DNA of 64,000 bases from Monocercomonoides exilis PA203 (Eukaryota; Protista; Preaxostyla): positions 248,001-312,000 of the forward strand of contig LSRY02000037.1 of the NCBI GenBank assembly GCA_001643675.2, in the 5' to 3' direction. Under the pieces are notes generated by a model. It did no database searches and was not told the DNA's origin. It worked only from the letters and a program-made list of their open reading frames with translations. A program made the translations under genes and the position numbers. Each line of letters begins with the position of its first letter. Position 1 is the stretch's first letter. Of this stretch, positions 47,501 through 60,390 are shown in pieces.

Positions 47501-50500
47501 CCTTCGACTTCTCCTTCTTTGCTCTCTCTTTTTCTGCCATCTTCTGCTGCTTTGCTTGACTTGTCCATCTGTCTGTCACTTTCAGAGACTTCAGTAATAT
47601 TTCCATTGAAACATCCACTTGTTCATATTCACTGTTTTCCACATGAATGATTGTTGTTTCTTTCTCCTTTTGCTTCTGGCTCTGTTGGAGTTGTTCTTGT
47701 AGTTGTTGAAGCTGGTTAAACAGATAATCACTGTTTCTTCTCTTTCTTTTACTCTCATCTTCCTTCCCTTTCCCTTTCTGCTTCTCCTTCTGCTTGGGTA
47801 GGAGTCTGTGCATAACTGGGCACATTCTCATCACACTCGCCAGTCGAGCTGAAAATGTGTGGATGTTCGTGTCCTTCGGCTGCAGCCCCATCTTTTCCAT
47901 GCTTTCGGCATCGGTGAAGAACAATGAAACACCATATGAGAAATCTTGCTCACTCAAAGATGATAAAGGATAGGATGAAGAAGGAGAAGATGACGACGAT
48001 GATGAATTCATTTGTTGTTGTTTATAATCTGTTTTATCTCCTTTTGTCATACCTGACTGTTCATCCAGTGGCAAAGCAGCCAAAACCTCACTCAAATTGC
48101 TCTGTTGCTGCTGCTGCTGCTGAAGCTGTTTAATAGCATCATTCACTGCTTTTTCTCTCATCACGTTCTCATTCAAATCCTCTTCTTCTTCCAAAAGTTC
48201 TGTTCCAAACACTTTCTTCTTCCTCAGTTTCTTCTCGTCTGCTTCACCAGCCAACATCTGCACCATCACCTGCGACACATTCAAACGACGGAGGCAGCAG
48301 ATGGCATAGTCGAGGGGAAGAAGAGAAAGAGGAAGGATCTTTTCCAGAGAGATATCATCTTTGGACAGAGAAAAGGAAGAGGAAGAAGAGGAAGAGGAAG
48401 AAGAAGAAAGGGGAAGATTGATAAGAGGTGTGTGAGTGAATGGGTTGGATTCAAATGGAGCAGACGAAACAGAAGAAAAAAGGAGTGAGGAAGAAAGAGG
48501 AGAAGAGGAAGAAAACGAAACAGAAGTTAGCTGTTTTTGAGACAAAGATGATTCGATGGTTGTTTGTTGGGACTTAATTGAGTTTGAAAGAAATGATCCA
48601 TTCACTTTTGAAGGTTGAGAGGAGAAAGAAGCAACTGAAGAAGAAGAAGTGAAAGGAACAGGGGAAGGAGAATAAAAAGGAGCATCAGCATCTTCAACAG
48701 ACAGTATTGGAATATCAGTTGAAAAGGGAGAACTTAAAGAAGAAGAAGAAGAGGTTTGATTGCGCAGTGGAGAAGAAAAAGGATCAGTGATTGTTTCTTG
48801 TGGAGAAGCCACAGGATCGAATGAGGGTGGAATTGATGAAGAGAGAGAAAGAGGGGCAAGATTGGGTGGATTGGAAGGAGATGTTGATGAAATAGCAGGA
48901 TTTGTTCGAGGATTCAAATTTGAATGAGAATTGACAGAATGCAAAGTATTTGACTGAAAAGCGGTGTTATTTCCATCTTTTGACTGGATTTGTGGAAAAT
49001 CAGTTGATTTTTCTGTTTCTTTTGTCAATTGCAAAGAAGATTTGCCCATTGGTATTTGCTTCTGCCTTTCTTTTTCTCCCCTTTGTGAGTCTGGTATTTC
49101 AATTTGATTTGTTTCTTTCTGTTGTATTTTTTCTGTTTCGATCGTTTTGATCGCATTCAAAGCTGTTTGTGGTTTTTCATTCTGTTCTTTTTCATTGTGT
49201 TTGTGCGTCTTTCTCTTTCTTTCTTTCATGTTCGTCTTTCTCTTTGAATGTCCATTGTTTTTGATTATTTGTTTTCTCGCTTTCAATTCAGGAAGTTTGG
49301 GAATGATTGGCAAAAGATACGATTTCATTGAAGTCAAAAGCGCTTTTGAGGAAGAAGAATAAAGAGATACCAAAGAAATGATGTTTGACAGAAAGAGGAG
49401 AGAAAATGGAGAAGAATAAGAGGTTAATAACAATTGCCCCAAGCAAATGAGATAATGCATGGAATAAGTATTGTTATTGTTGTTGAATGAAGGAGATGTT
49501 GAAGAAGAAGAGGAAGAAGAGGAAGAAGTTGATGATGATGACAAATCAAAAGGAAAAGTCAAAAGATCGATATCTGAAAGTGAGCAAAGAGCTTTGTATA
49601 TTTCATTTGGCGAAATGGCATTTTCATTGGAAGATGAAACTGAATCAGAAATCTGCAAAGAAGATGATGAAGATGAAGAAGTTAATGAAAATGGTGAAGA
49701 TGATGGCAATGATGATGAAAATGATGATGTGGATGAAGAGCAACAAGATGCAAAGGAATCTTGAATTATTTCCGCCCAATGCGGTACAAGCTCATTCAAG
49801 TCATGCCAAACAGAAGAAAGCAAAGAAGAGGAGAAAACAGGAGCGGAATATGAAAAAACAGAAGGCTCAGTGAAATTAGATGGAGGATGTTGAATGAAAT
49901 CTCCTTGATGAGGAATTTGTTGCTGAAAAGGAAGAAGAAGATTTTGATTATCAAGTTGATGAGGTTCATCCGATTGAAAATTATTTGATAAACCAGATAT
50001 TTCTGATGTTTTCAATGAATTTACTGTTTCTTTGGCATTAATCGGTATAACATGCAATTTTGACTTAGCATTTTGAGCAGGTTCGATTTGTGTTGTTTTG
50101 CTGCTTCTTCCTCCCAGCAAAAGAAGAGGAAAAGAGCAAAATGCAACCGCTTTCCCAATTTTTGTGAGAGAAAAGACAGAAAAAATGTTGAAGTTATTGT
50201 CATTTTTAGGATTGCTGTTAATATTATTATAATTCCTCTTATTGTTCTTGTTCTTGTTCTTCTCTTTCCTCTTCTGAAATTCTGATTCCATTGCAGTGAG
50301 AGGAAATTCATTGGGATTGGAGAAAGGAGAAGGTGAAGGTGAATGGGAAATCGAAAGAGAAAGAGAAGAGGAAGGAGGAGGAGGAGGGGAAAGAGAAAGA
50401 GAATGAGAAGATGGTGAAGAAGAAGACAAATGTGATGGTAACGGAGAGGGAGAAGGAGAAGAAAGTGAAAGAGAATGAGGAGAAGAAGATGATTGCTTGG

Positions 50501-52584
50501 AAGAAGAGGAAGAAGAAGAGGAAGAAGAAGAAATAATAGAATTCTCATTGATTTCATTCACATTTTGATTTCTATTTGTTTTTTCGGTCATCTTTTCCAA
50601 CTCCTTCTGCTGTTGGATTGATCGATCTAATCGGCTTTCTTTGCGAATTGAGGCAATGTTGAAGACATCATCTTCTTCTGATGGAAGAAGAAGACGAGAA
50701 GAAGAGGAGGAGGAAGAGGAGGAAGAAGATGAACGAATAAATGGAGAATTGGATGAAGAAAAGGGAGAGAAAGAAGAGGAAGTGGAGGAAAAAGGAGGAG
50801 GAGGAGGGGTTGAAGGATTAAAAGAAAAAGACGAAGAAGAAGAAGAAGAAGATAAAGGAGAAGAAGAAACAAAAGAATTTTGCGTTTTATTTGTTTGACT
50901 TCGTATTGGTGATTGCATTTGAGACAGTTTTGTTGGTGTTGCAGGGCGAGAGAAGGACATGAGAGTGAATTTTGTCTGTTTTGGTTGAGAGAAAGAGGAG
51001 AAGGTGAGTGGAGATGAAGAAGATGATAATGAAGAAGATAAAAATGATGATGATGATGATGATGATTGAAGAGATTTGAGAGGAGAAGAAGAAATGAAAG
51101 GTGAAGAAGAAGAGGGAGATGATGATAGCGATGACAAAGAAGAAGAATGAGATAAAGAAGAAGAAGAAGAAGAAGACTGAATAATCGGCTTCAGCATCAA
51201 TGACGTTGTGATAGAAGAAGGACGATAAGCAGATTGGAGCACTTTGTGTGTGGAAGAAGGCGAATGAACACGAATTGGCAAGGGAACAGAAGATTCTAAT
51301 TGTTTCTCTCTTTCTCCTTCTCTTTCTCTTTCTCCTCTTTCTCCTCTTTCTTCTTCTCTTTCTTCTTCTTTTCCTTTTTCTTTCTGTTGTTGCCTGCGTC
51401 TTTCAAAAGAACGGTTTTGTGGGGAAAACACGGAGAAATACGGAGAAATAGAATTGGAAGAGAGGGGAGAAAGAGGAGTAATCAAGGAATGGAAGGAAGG
51501 AGAAGAAAGAGAAGAAGAAAGAGAAAGAGAAGAAGAGGGAGAAGAAGGAACAAATGAAGGCAAGAAAGTGAAGTTATCAACAGAATAAATAGAAGATGGA
51601 GCATTTTGCAATGGAATTGTGCTGATACAACGATGAGTGTTTCCCGTTTGAAGACATTTTTTGCAGAAGCGGTGCTGAAAATGAGGGGCAGATGAAGAAG
51701 GGATGGGGAGAGGAGGGAGAGGAAGAGAAGAGGAGGAATAGGAATAGGAAGAAGAAGAAGAAGAAGAAGAAGAAGAGTCGAAAACATTCGATTCTTCATC
51801 TTTCAACACGATCTTCTTTTTATTATTTCCTTCTTTCAATTCACAACTCTCTTCATTTGTTCCTTTTGTTCCTTGTTCTCCATTTTCTCCATTTTCTCTA
51901 TTTTCAATATTTATTCCATTTATTCCATATATTTCCTTCCTCTCCTCTATTTCATTGTCATTTGTGCTATTCAATCTGATTTCACTGAATGGATATTTCA
52001 TGTTGTGTCTGACATGAACAACTTCCCATTTGAAATGGCATTCCATCTTCTCTTTCAGCTTGTTCATTGGCCGAGAGTAGGAGGAGGAGAAGGGGAAAGA
52101 GGAAGAGAAGGAAGAAGAAGAGGAAAGGGGGGAAGAAGAAGAAGTGGAAGAAGAAGAAGAAGAGAACGAAGAAGAAGAAGAAGAAGAGAACGAAGAAGAA
52201 GAAGAAGAAGAGAACGAAGAAGAAGAAGAGTTTTTGTTGAATGAATAATCTACTGATTTCACAGCATTTGATTGTTCATTTCTATTGACTTCTTCTATTC
52301 TAAAGAAATTGTTATTGTTTTTCTCTTCTTCTCCTTCTACCTCTTTCTTCTCTTCCTCGTTCTTCTCTTCCTCTTCCTCTTCCTCTTCTTCATTAGTCCA
52401 TCCATCAATAGAATCATATCTCTTCTTTGAATGAGGGAATTTTGATTGCATTGCAATATCATGTTTCATCTGCTTTTCTTTCTCTTCTTTTCGCGAAATA
52501 ACAGCTTCTATGGAGGAAAAGTTGTTTAATAAGTCAATGGATTTGAGAAGGGAAGAAGAGAAAGAGAAGGAAGAGAAGGAAAAG

Positions 52585-52616
<32 letters not shown>

Positions 52617-54533
52617 AAGAGGAGAAGAAAGAAGAGAAGGAGAAGATGAAGATGATAACATTGATAATCTGTTGAGAAGGAGAGGAGAAGGAGAAGAGGG
52701 AGAAGAAGATGAAGAATGAAGTGAAGAAGAGGGGGAAGAAGAGGAAGAGGAAGAAGATAAAGTTAATGAAGAAGAAGAAGAAGAAGAAGGCAAAGAACTA
52801 AACTTCATTGAACCATCATCAATATGATCAGTAAAAGATTTGTTCGATTTTGAATGAGCTTTTGAATAAGCTGTTAATCCGCCAAACAAATTGATGTTGT
52901 GAGAAGAAGTGAAAGAATTAGCAGGCATTGGAACATCATCGTCTTCTTCTTCTTCTTCTTTTATTTCTTCTTTTTCTCCTTCTTTTTCTTTTTCTTCTTT
53001 TTCTTCTTTTCTACAATTTCTTTCAACAAATGCCTTAAAGTTATCTTCATCGAATATCTGTTCATTTTTTCCTTCTTTTTTATCACTTTTTCTGAAAAAT
53101 TCATTCAAAATTGTCGAAATTTGCTCTTTTTCATTCGTTTTCTCGCTTTTTTCGACAAAACATTGGATTACTTTGAAGTCTGGGCTTAATTTTATCACCT
53201 TTGAATGAGTTATTGATGAAGAATAACAAGGAATGAAGGGAGAGGAAGAGGAAGATGAAGAGAAAGAGGAAGAGGAGAAAAGAGAAGAAGAAAGAGAAGG
53301 AGAAAGAGAGAAAGAGGGAGAAAATGAAGAAGGTGATGATGAAGATGATGAAGATGATGATGAAGTTAATGATGATGATGAGGAAGAAGAAAAAGAAGAA
53401 GAAGAAGAAGAAGAAGAAGAAAGCAAAGAAGAAAGAGGAATAACATGAAGTTTGTTGAAATCACATTTTTTATTTCCTTTTTTGCTTTCTTTCAGCAGAG
53501 CAACAGATTTTCTTCGATAAAAGTTGATTAATTCTTCGTCTCTCAGATATTTTTCTTCCTCCTCTTCTTCTTTGTCTTCATCGTCATCATAATCATCGTT
53601 ACTATTATTGTTATTATTGTAAAATTCTTCTTCTCTTTTTCTTCCTTTTCTTCCTCTTCCTCTTCCTCTTCCTCTTCCTCTTCCTCCTTTTCTTCTTCCC
53701 TTTCTTTCTCCTTCTTTTCCTTCTTCAAACCCAAATTTTCTATTCCTTTTCACAATCTTATAAACAACACACGGAAATAACGAATTCACATATTTCATTC
53801 GAAAATCACAATTTCCCATCAAAAGAAGGAAAAATGAATTGTTTTGAATGAAAAGCGAGAGAAAAGAGAAGAAATGGCGTGTCCAGCTTGTTTTGAGTGT
53901 TTGGTGCATTTCTTTGGACAACTGGACAAGAAGAAGAGAGTCTGCTAACGAAGGGATGGGGGAAGAGGAGGAAGAGGAGGAGGAGGAAGAAGAAGAAAGA
54001 GAAGAGGAGGAAGATGATGGAGAGAAAGAAGGAGAAGAAGAAGATATTTGTGAAGATTTTGAAGGAGTTGAAAAAGAAGGAGAAGAAGAAAGAGAAGAAG
54101 AATGAAAAGAAGAAAGAGAAGGAATTTGAGTATATTTGCCAAGAGAAGTCTTTTTAACAGCAGAAAGAAGAACAGAAACATTCAAAACAGAAGAAGGAGA
54201 AGAAGAAGGAGAAGAAGAAGGAGAAGAAGAAGAAAAGGAAGAGGAAGAGGAAGAAGAGGAAGAAAGAGAAGAAGAAGAAGAAGAAGCAAGAAGTTGAGCA
54301 GGAGTTAAATGAAGAGCATTCAGAAGAGGAGCAAATAAAACTGATTGGAGAAGAGGTTTAGATGAATTATTTCTGAATGAAGAAGAAGAAGAAGAAAAAG
54401 AAAAAGAAGAAAGAGAAGAAGAAGGAAAGGAAGAAGAGGAAGAGGAAGAAAGAGAAGAAGAAATGGAATGCGTATGGAAAGAAAGAGAAGAGAAAGGTGA
54501 TATGAATGAAGAAGGAAGAGATGAATGAGAAGG

Positions 54534-54566
<33 letters not shown>

Positions 54567-55203
54567 AGAGAAAGAAGAAGAAGAAGAAGAAGAAGAAGAA
54601 TTAAATTCATCAGAAAGAGAGAGAGAAGAAGAAAGAGAAAGAGAAAGAGAAAGAGAAAGTTTAGAAGGAAGAATTCCGAATGTGTCATCTTGGAAAGGGT
54701 CAAGCAAATAAACAGGGCGAGAAATATGAACACGAAAAGAAGGAAGAAGAAAGAAGGAGAAGGAAATGGAAGAGGAAGAAAGAGAAGAAGAAGAAGAAGA
54801 AAGAGAAGAAGAGGGAAGAGAAGAAGAAATGTTATTGCGGGGGTTGAAGGGGGAAGGAGAAGAGGAGGAGGAGGAAGAAGAAGAAGAAGAAGAAGAAGAA
54901 GAGATTAATTGAGAAGAAGAAGAATGAATTGGAAAAGAAGGTGATTGTGATAAAGAATGTGAATGTGAAGGAGAGGAAGAAGAAGAGAAAGATGAAGAAG
55001 AAGGAGAACGAGAAGCAAAAATTGGTGAATTGGAAGAAGATGAATGAAATGAAGGAGAAGAAGAGAAAGAGAAAGAGGAAGAAGAAGATGGAGAAGAAGA
55101 AGATGATGATGAATGTTTTGATGTGGATGAAGTGGATGAAGTGTGGTGAATGTTGAGGAGAGGCTGAGGTGTTTGAAGAAGATTCAGATTGGATGAGAGA
55201 GAA

Positions 55204-55238
<35 letters not shown>

Positions 55239-58200
55239 AGAAGCGTTATTTTGAAGATTTGAAACAAAACTTGTTGTTTCTCTTCCTTTTTCTCTTTCTC
55301 TTCCTCCTCTTTCTTCTTTCTCATCTTCTTCTCCAACAATTTCAACTTCTTCTTCTTCTTCGTTGATCACCTTCAGAACAGGAATATTCTTCAGAACTTC
55401 CTTTGGAAGAGAAGAAATTCGAGTTGGAAGACGAAATTGGCGAGAAGAAGAAGGAGAAGGAGAAAGAGAAGAAGAGAAAGAAGAAGGAAAAGAGGAAGAA
55501 TGAGAAGAATGAGAAGAAGAAGGTGAAAAAGGAGAAGAAGAAGAATTAGAAGAAGAATAAGAAGCAGAAGATAACTTTCTTAATGGCATTTCATTAGCTT
55601 CTTCATAAAACACATTGAAAAGTTCTTTTTCTGTGCAAATTTCTGCCGGAAAGAATAAATTTCGCTTGGCCCATTCTAATTTTTGAGTTGTATTTGTGTT
55701 TTTTGTTGAAGTTTCATTTATTTCATTATCTTCTTCTTCTTCTGACTCTTCTTCTTCTTCATTGTCTTCTTCATTGTCTTCTTCTTCTTTTCTCTCCCTT
55801 TTGTCAATGTTTTTATCATAATTATAATCATTATTCTCTTTTTCCTTTCTTCCTCCTTCTCCTCCTCCTTCTCCTCCTCCTTCTCCTCCTCTCCTTCTTC
55901 TTCTCTTTCTCTCCTTCTTCTCCTTCTTCTTCAGCCTCTTCCAAAATTCTTCTCTTGTTATTCCTTTCTCTTCCTTCATAAACCCATCGCTCAAATCATA
56001 TTCTATTTCATTCGTTTTTTCCCTTTTTGTCCGTTTTTCGCTCTTCCTATTTAGTCCATCATTATTGTTATTATGCTCTTCTTCATTGTTATTATTCTTT
56101 CTGGTTAAAATATCAAGAAGTTTTGTGGGAAGAGAAGCAAATGGGGAATTATAAGTTATTTTTCTATCAAAAGAAGAATTTGTTAATGCTTCTTCTTCTT
56201 CTTCTTTATCTTCTTCTTTTCCCTCCTCTTCTTCTCCTTCTCCTTCTCCTTCACATCCCATTCCATTTCTTTCTCCTCTTCTTTTTCTCCTTCTCAAATA
56301 ATTTCTTCTCAATTGAATTCTTCTTCTCCTTCTTTCTTCATCAATTTTCCCTTGTATCTGCCTTCTCCACCTCCACCTCCTCCTCAACGTCGCATCTTCC
56401 GTGTTCTGCTGCTCCAATTCAGTCACCACTTGGTTGTTTTGCACTTCCAAAATAAGCATTTGCAGTTTCTCTTTCTCCATTGTGATAGTTAAATCAGTCA
56501 TTTCTCTAATTCTGAGAGAAAGCTGAGGAGGAATTTGAACTTCGGCTGAATTGAAAGTGAAGAGAATGGTTGGATTGAGGCGGAAAAGAGGAGTTTGGAT
56601 GGGATAATAACGATGGCGATGATGATGATGATGATGATGATGAGAATGATGATGAAGAGAAAGAGAAGAAGAAGAGGAGGAGGAGGAGGAAGAAGAAGAA
56701 GAAGAAGAAGGAAGAAAATGGTAATTTTGATTTTGATGAATATTGTCATTGTGACGATATTGAATATGTTGAGAAGTATGTTTGTTTGAGAAGGAAGGAG
56801 AAGAAGATGATGATGATGAAGGAGAAAGAGAAAGAGAAGAAGAATTAAATGAAGAAGAATTAAATGAAGAAGAATTAAATGAAGAAGAAGAAGAAGAAGG
56901 AGAAGAAGGATAAAATGATTGAAGATGATTGTTCATAGGAGAAGCAGTGCTGTCAAGAGGATAAGGTTGATTGAAATGCTGAAATTTTCTCTCATTTGAA
57001 TGAATGGATGAATTATTTGGCGTATTTTGGATGGAAGAAGATGAAGGAGAAGGAGAAGGAGAGGGAGAAGAAGAAGGATAAGAAGAAGAATGAGGAGAAG
57101 GAGAAGAAGAAGAGGAAGAGGAAGGAAAAGAAGAGAGGGAAGAAGAAGAAGAAGAGGATGAAGAAGAAGAAGAAGAAGCGAAAGAGTAAGTAGGAAAAGA
57201 AGAGGAGGAGGAGGAAGGAGAAGAAATAGAAGAAGAGGAAGAAGAATGAAGAGAAGAACGTCCAATTGGCTGAGGAGAAGCAAGAGGCATATTCTCATCA
57301 GCAACATAAACACATTCATTGTCAGATGAAGAAGAAGGAGAAGGAGAAGGAGAAGAAGAAATGAAAGAAGAGGAAGAGGAAGAGGAAGAAGAAGAGGAAG
57401 AAGGAGAAGTAGAGAAGGAGGAAGATGAGGAGGAGGAAGAAGAATGAAATTGAAAATGTGGTGGAGAAGGAGAAGGAGAAGGAGAAGGAGATGAAGGAGA
57501 AGGAGAAGAAAAAGAAGGAGGGAAAGAAAGAGGGAAAGAAGGGGGAAGAGGAAGAGGAGAAGATGAATGCAAATGTTTGTTGAAAGAAAGGCTCGAAAAT
57601 TGAGTTTTGAACGAAGAAGGAGAAAGAAAAGAAGAGGAAGAGGAAGAGGAAGAAGGAGAAGAAGGAGAAGAAGAAGGATTTGAAGATGAAAATGAAGAAG
57701 AAGAAGAGGAGGAGGAGGGAGAAGAAGAAGACACAATTTTATTCGAATTATCATTTGTTTCAGAATGTATTGATTTCCATTCATTTCCTTTTTCTGCTGC
57801 TTCATTTTTGTTTCTTTGATCATCTTCATTAAATCTTTTATTTGTCTTCTCTTTCTCCTCTTCCTCCTCTTCCTCTTCCTTCCTCTTTCCATTTATTCCA
57901 TTCCCTTCCTCTCTTTCCTCTCTTTCAATTTTCCTTCTTCTTCTCTTTCTTCTTCTTTTCCTTCTTTCTCTTCCTCTTCCTCTTCCTCCTTCTCTTCCTT
58001 CTTCTTCGTATTTTGAATAAGAAATATCTTTCTTCAAAGGCAATGAAACAGACCCATCGAGAAAGAGAGAGACATAATTAGAGCGAAAAAAGAGGGGAAC
58101 ACAATGATTGGACGAATGAGAAGGTTTAGTTGAGAAGGAAGAAGAAGAAGAAAGAGAAGAAGAAGAAGAAATGGAAGAAGAATATGAAGATGTTGATGAT

Positions 58201-59939
58201 GATGATGATGATGATGAATTTTTGTCTTCTAAATTGCTATTTTCTTCATTTTCTTCACTTTCTTCACTTTCGTCTTCTTCTTCTTCTTCTTCACTCTCCT
58301 TTTCAATAGAATCATCAAACACACGTTTCTCATTCAAACTTCTTTGTTTCTTTGAAGAAGTTCTTCTTTTCAATGAAGAGGAAGAAGAAGAGGAAGAAAA
58401 AGAAGAAAAAGAAGACAATGAAGAAGAAGATAAGGAAGAGGAAGAATGAGAAGAAGAAGAAGAAGAAGAAGAATGATAATTCGAAGAACGTTTCAATACA
58501 GTGCTTGCTTCGATGTCTGAAATGGGCAAATCCAAAGAAGGAAGCAGAAAAATACTGTCTTCACTCACTTTTTTGGTTTTTTTGTTTTTATTTAATTTTT
58601 TGCCTCTTCTCTTTCTATTTCTTTTATATTCCATTAGTTTTTCTTTCCCTTTACCATCATTTTCATCAAAATCGTCATTGTCATTCTTATCGTCGTCATC
58701 ATCATCTTCCTCCTCCTTCTCCTCTTCTTCTTCTTCTTCTTCTTCTTCTCTTTCTGAAGGACGAAATGAAGAAATAGGCTCGTGTGAATGAATGACTTCA
58801 ATCTGTGCTGGATGCAAAAGAGGGTTTAAGCGCAGGAGCTCAGCCACTTCTTCGTTGGATGCCTTTTTTGTGTCTAAACTCAGCCACTTGGAAGAGAGGG
58901 GGGAATAATTATTGATGATGATGATGATGATGATGAAAGAGATGGTGAAATATTATAAGTGAAAAACAAATAAATAAAAGAGAAAGAGAGAAAGAGAAAG
59001 ATTAGCAGTAACACAAATAACACATCATACATCTCGTGTCTCAAACAATGCAAACACAGCTAGTCTGAAGCGATTAGTGGAGCAAAGTGGATTGCCACTT
59101 AATAATAGAGAAGTCAATGGCAACTTCTTGATGATCTCCAAATCTGCAACAGATTGAAGGCAATTGCTCCTCAAATCCAGCACTTCTAATCCTTTCATCA
59201 TTTCCAGTCCATCAACAGAACTTATCGAGTTATGCATCCTGGGAAATGAGGGGAAAAAAAATATTGAAAAATGAGTAACAGCAAGAGCAATGCAAAAATA
59301 GCAAACAGTGATAAATTTGAAACGTTTCCTGTTTTCAAATCGCGTATTGACTTTTAAACAAAAAGAAGTTTTCAAAATGAAAAAAGAAAAAAGTGCAAAC
59401 TGCAAGAGAATTGAAACTGAGATCAAGAGTTGACAAAGATATTAAATCAGTGAGATCTGTAATGACTTCCAATTTGTTATGACTTAAGTTTAAGTATGTT
59501 AAGGATGACAGAGATGCAAATGCGCTCTTCAAAGACGAATCAATTCGAGTTATTTTGTTGTTTGAAAGGTTTAAACGTTCTAATTTGCTCCATTCTTTCC
59601 CATTTGTTAATGCTAAATTTGCAGATCTCTTGTTACTGCAAAATTGATAAAGTAAATATTCAACTGTTGATAATGACTGCTCAATTGATAATTCTTTCAA
59701 ATTGCAAGAAACAGAACGAAGATAAAGAATTTGGCTACCAGACTTTAAGCCAATTATCTACATAAATAATTAAAGAAAGGCATCATCATTTATTTCATTT
59801 AATGATTTCAATAATTGCAAAAACGAACGTTAAGTGACTTCAGATAAGGAAAATGCTCCAAATCAACATCACCAGCTGGGCGCGTAATTTTTATTTCATT
59901 GAGTTGAGGTTGATTTTCTGTCTGGGTTTTCTTTGACAT
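41511..59939 (-). CDS. Giant LRR protein (~6030 aa): N-terminal LRR/LRR-cap (STK11IP/nischarin-like) followed by ~5800 aa of largely Ser/Glu low-complexity sequence; exons 59939-59829, 59757-59401, 59350-59307, 59238-59031, 58886-41511
   Basis: Hand splicing at GT-AG sites gives a continuous LRR array: LEHFPYLKSLN|IIGLK..WSKLERLNLSNNKITRIDSSL..LTYLNLSHNKL..LDLSFNSLA|SIRDLKTGNVSNLSL|MHNSISSVDGL..LDLRSNCL..LLLSGNPLC..FRLAVF..ETRD|WLSLDTKKASNEE. This joins in frame to the 17.3-kb ORF. Further in-frame introns in the last exon are possible. Confidence 0.8.
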
Positions 59940-60390
59940 TAACTTCTTCAACAGAGAAGAAGAAACGATTTATTCTGATCCCCATGCCATAACATGATTC
60001 AATTCAAATAAATTTTTTGTTTTGATTAACAATTTAAATTTGGATGAAAATATCAAAATATCTTTTCAGTATTAGAGCCAAAAAATGAAACAAAATGTCG
60101 TTAATTGACTTGATATTTATAAAAGATAATGAAGACTTTAAAAGAATATGCAGTGAATATGGATAAATTGAAACATTGCATGTCAAAAAGGATTAGAAAG
60201 TTCTAGCATTAACAACTGCTTGACAGGAATACAGGCAATTAATAAGATGAAAGATAGAAAACATAACGGTTTGACAGAGTCACTTCATGAATAAAAATGA
60301 AGCATAAAGACATGCAAAATTTCGCCAAAAAAATAAATGTATATTTGTATTTGTATTCCAATAAATAAAAAACAATAAAAATAGTAACAT

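Noticed and set aside
42154-58791. Dozens of Glu/Lys/Arg-rich plus-strand ORFs and Leu-rich minus-strand ORFs
   Set aside because: Antisense or off-frame shadows of the TCT/TCC-rich giant exon.
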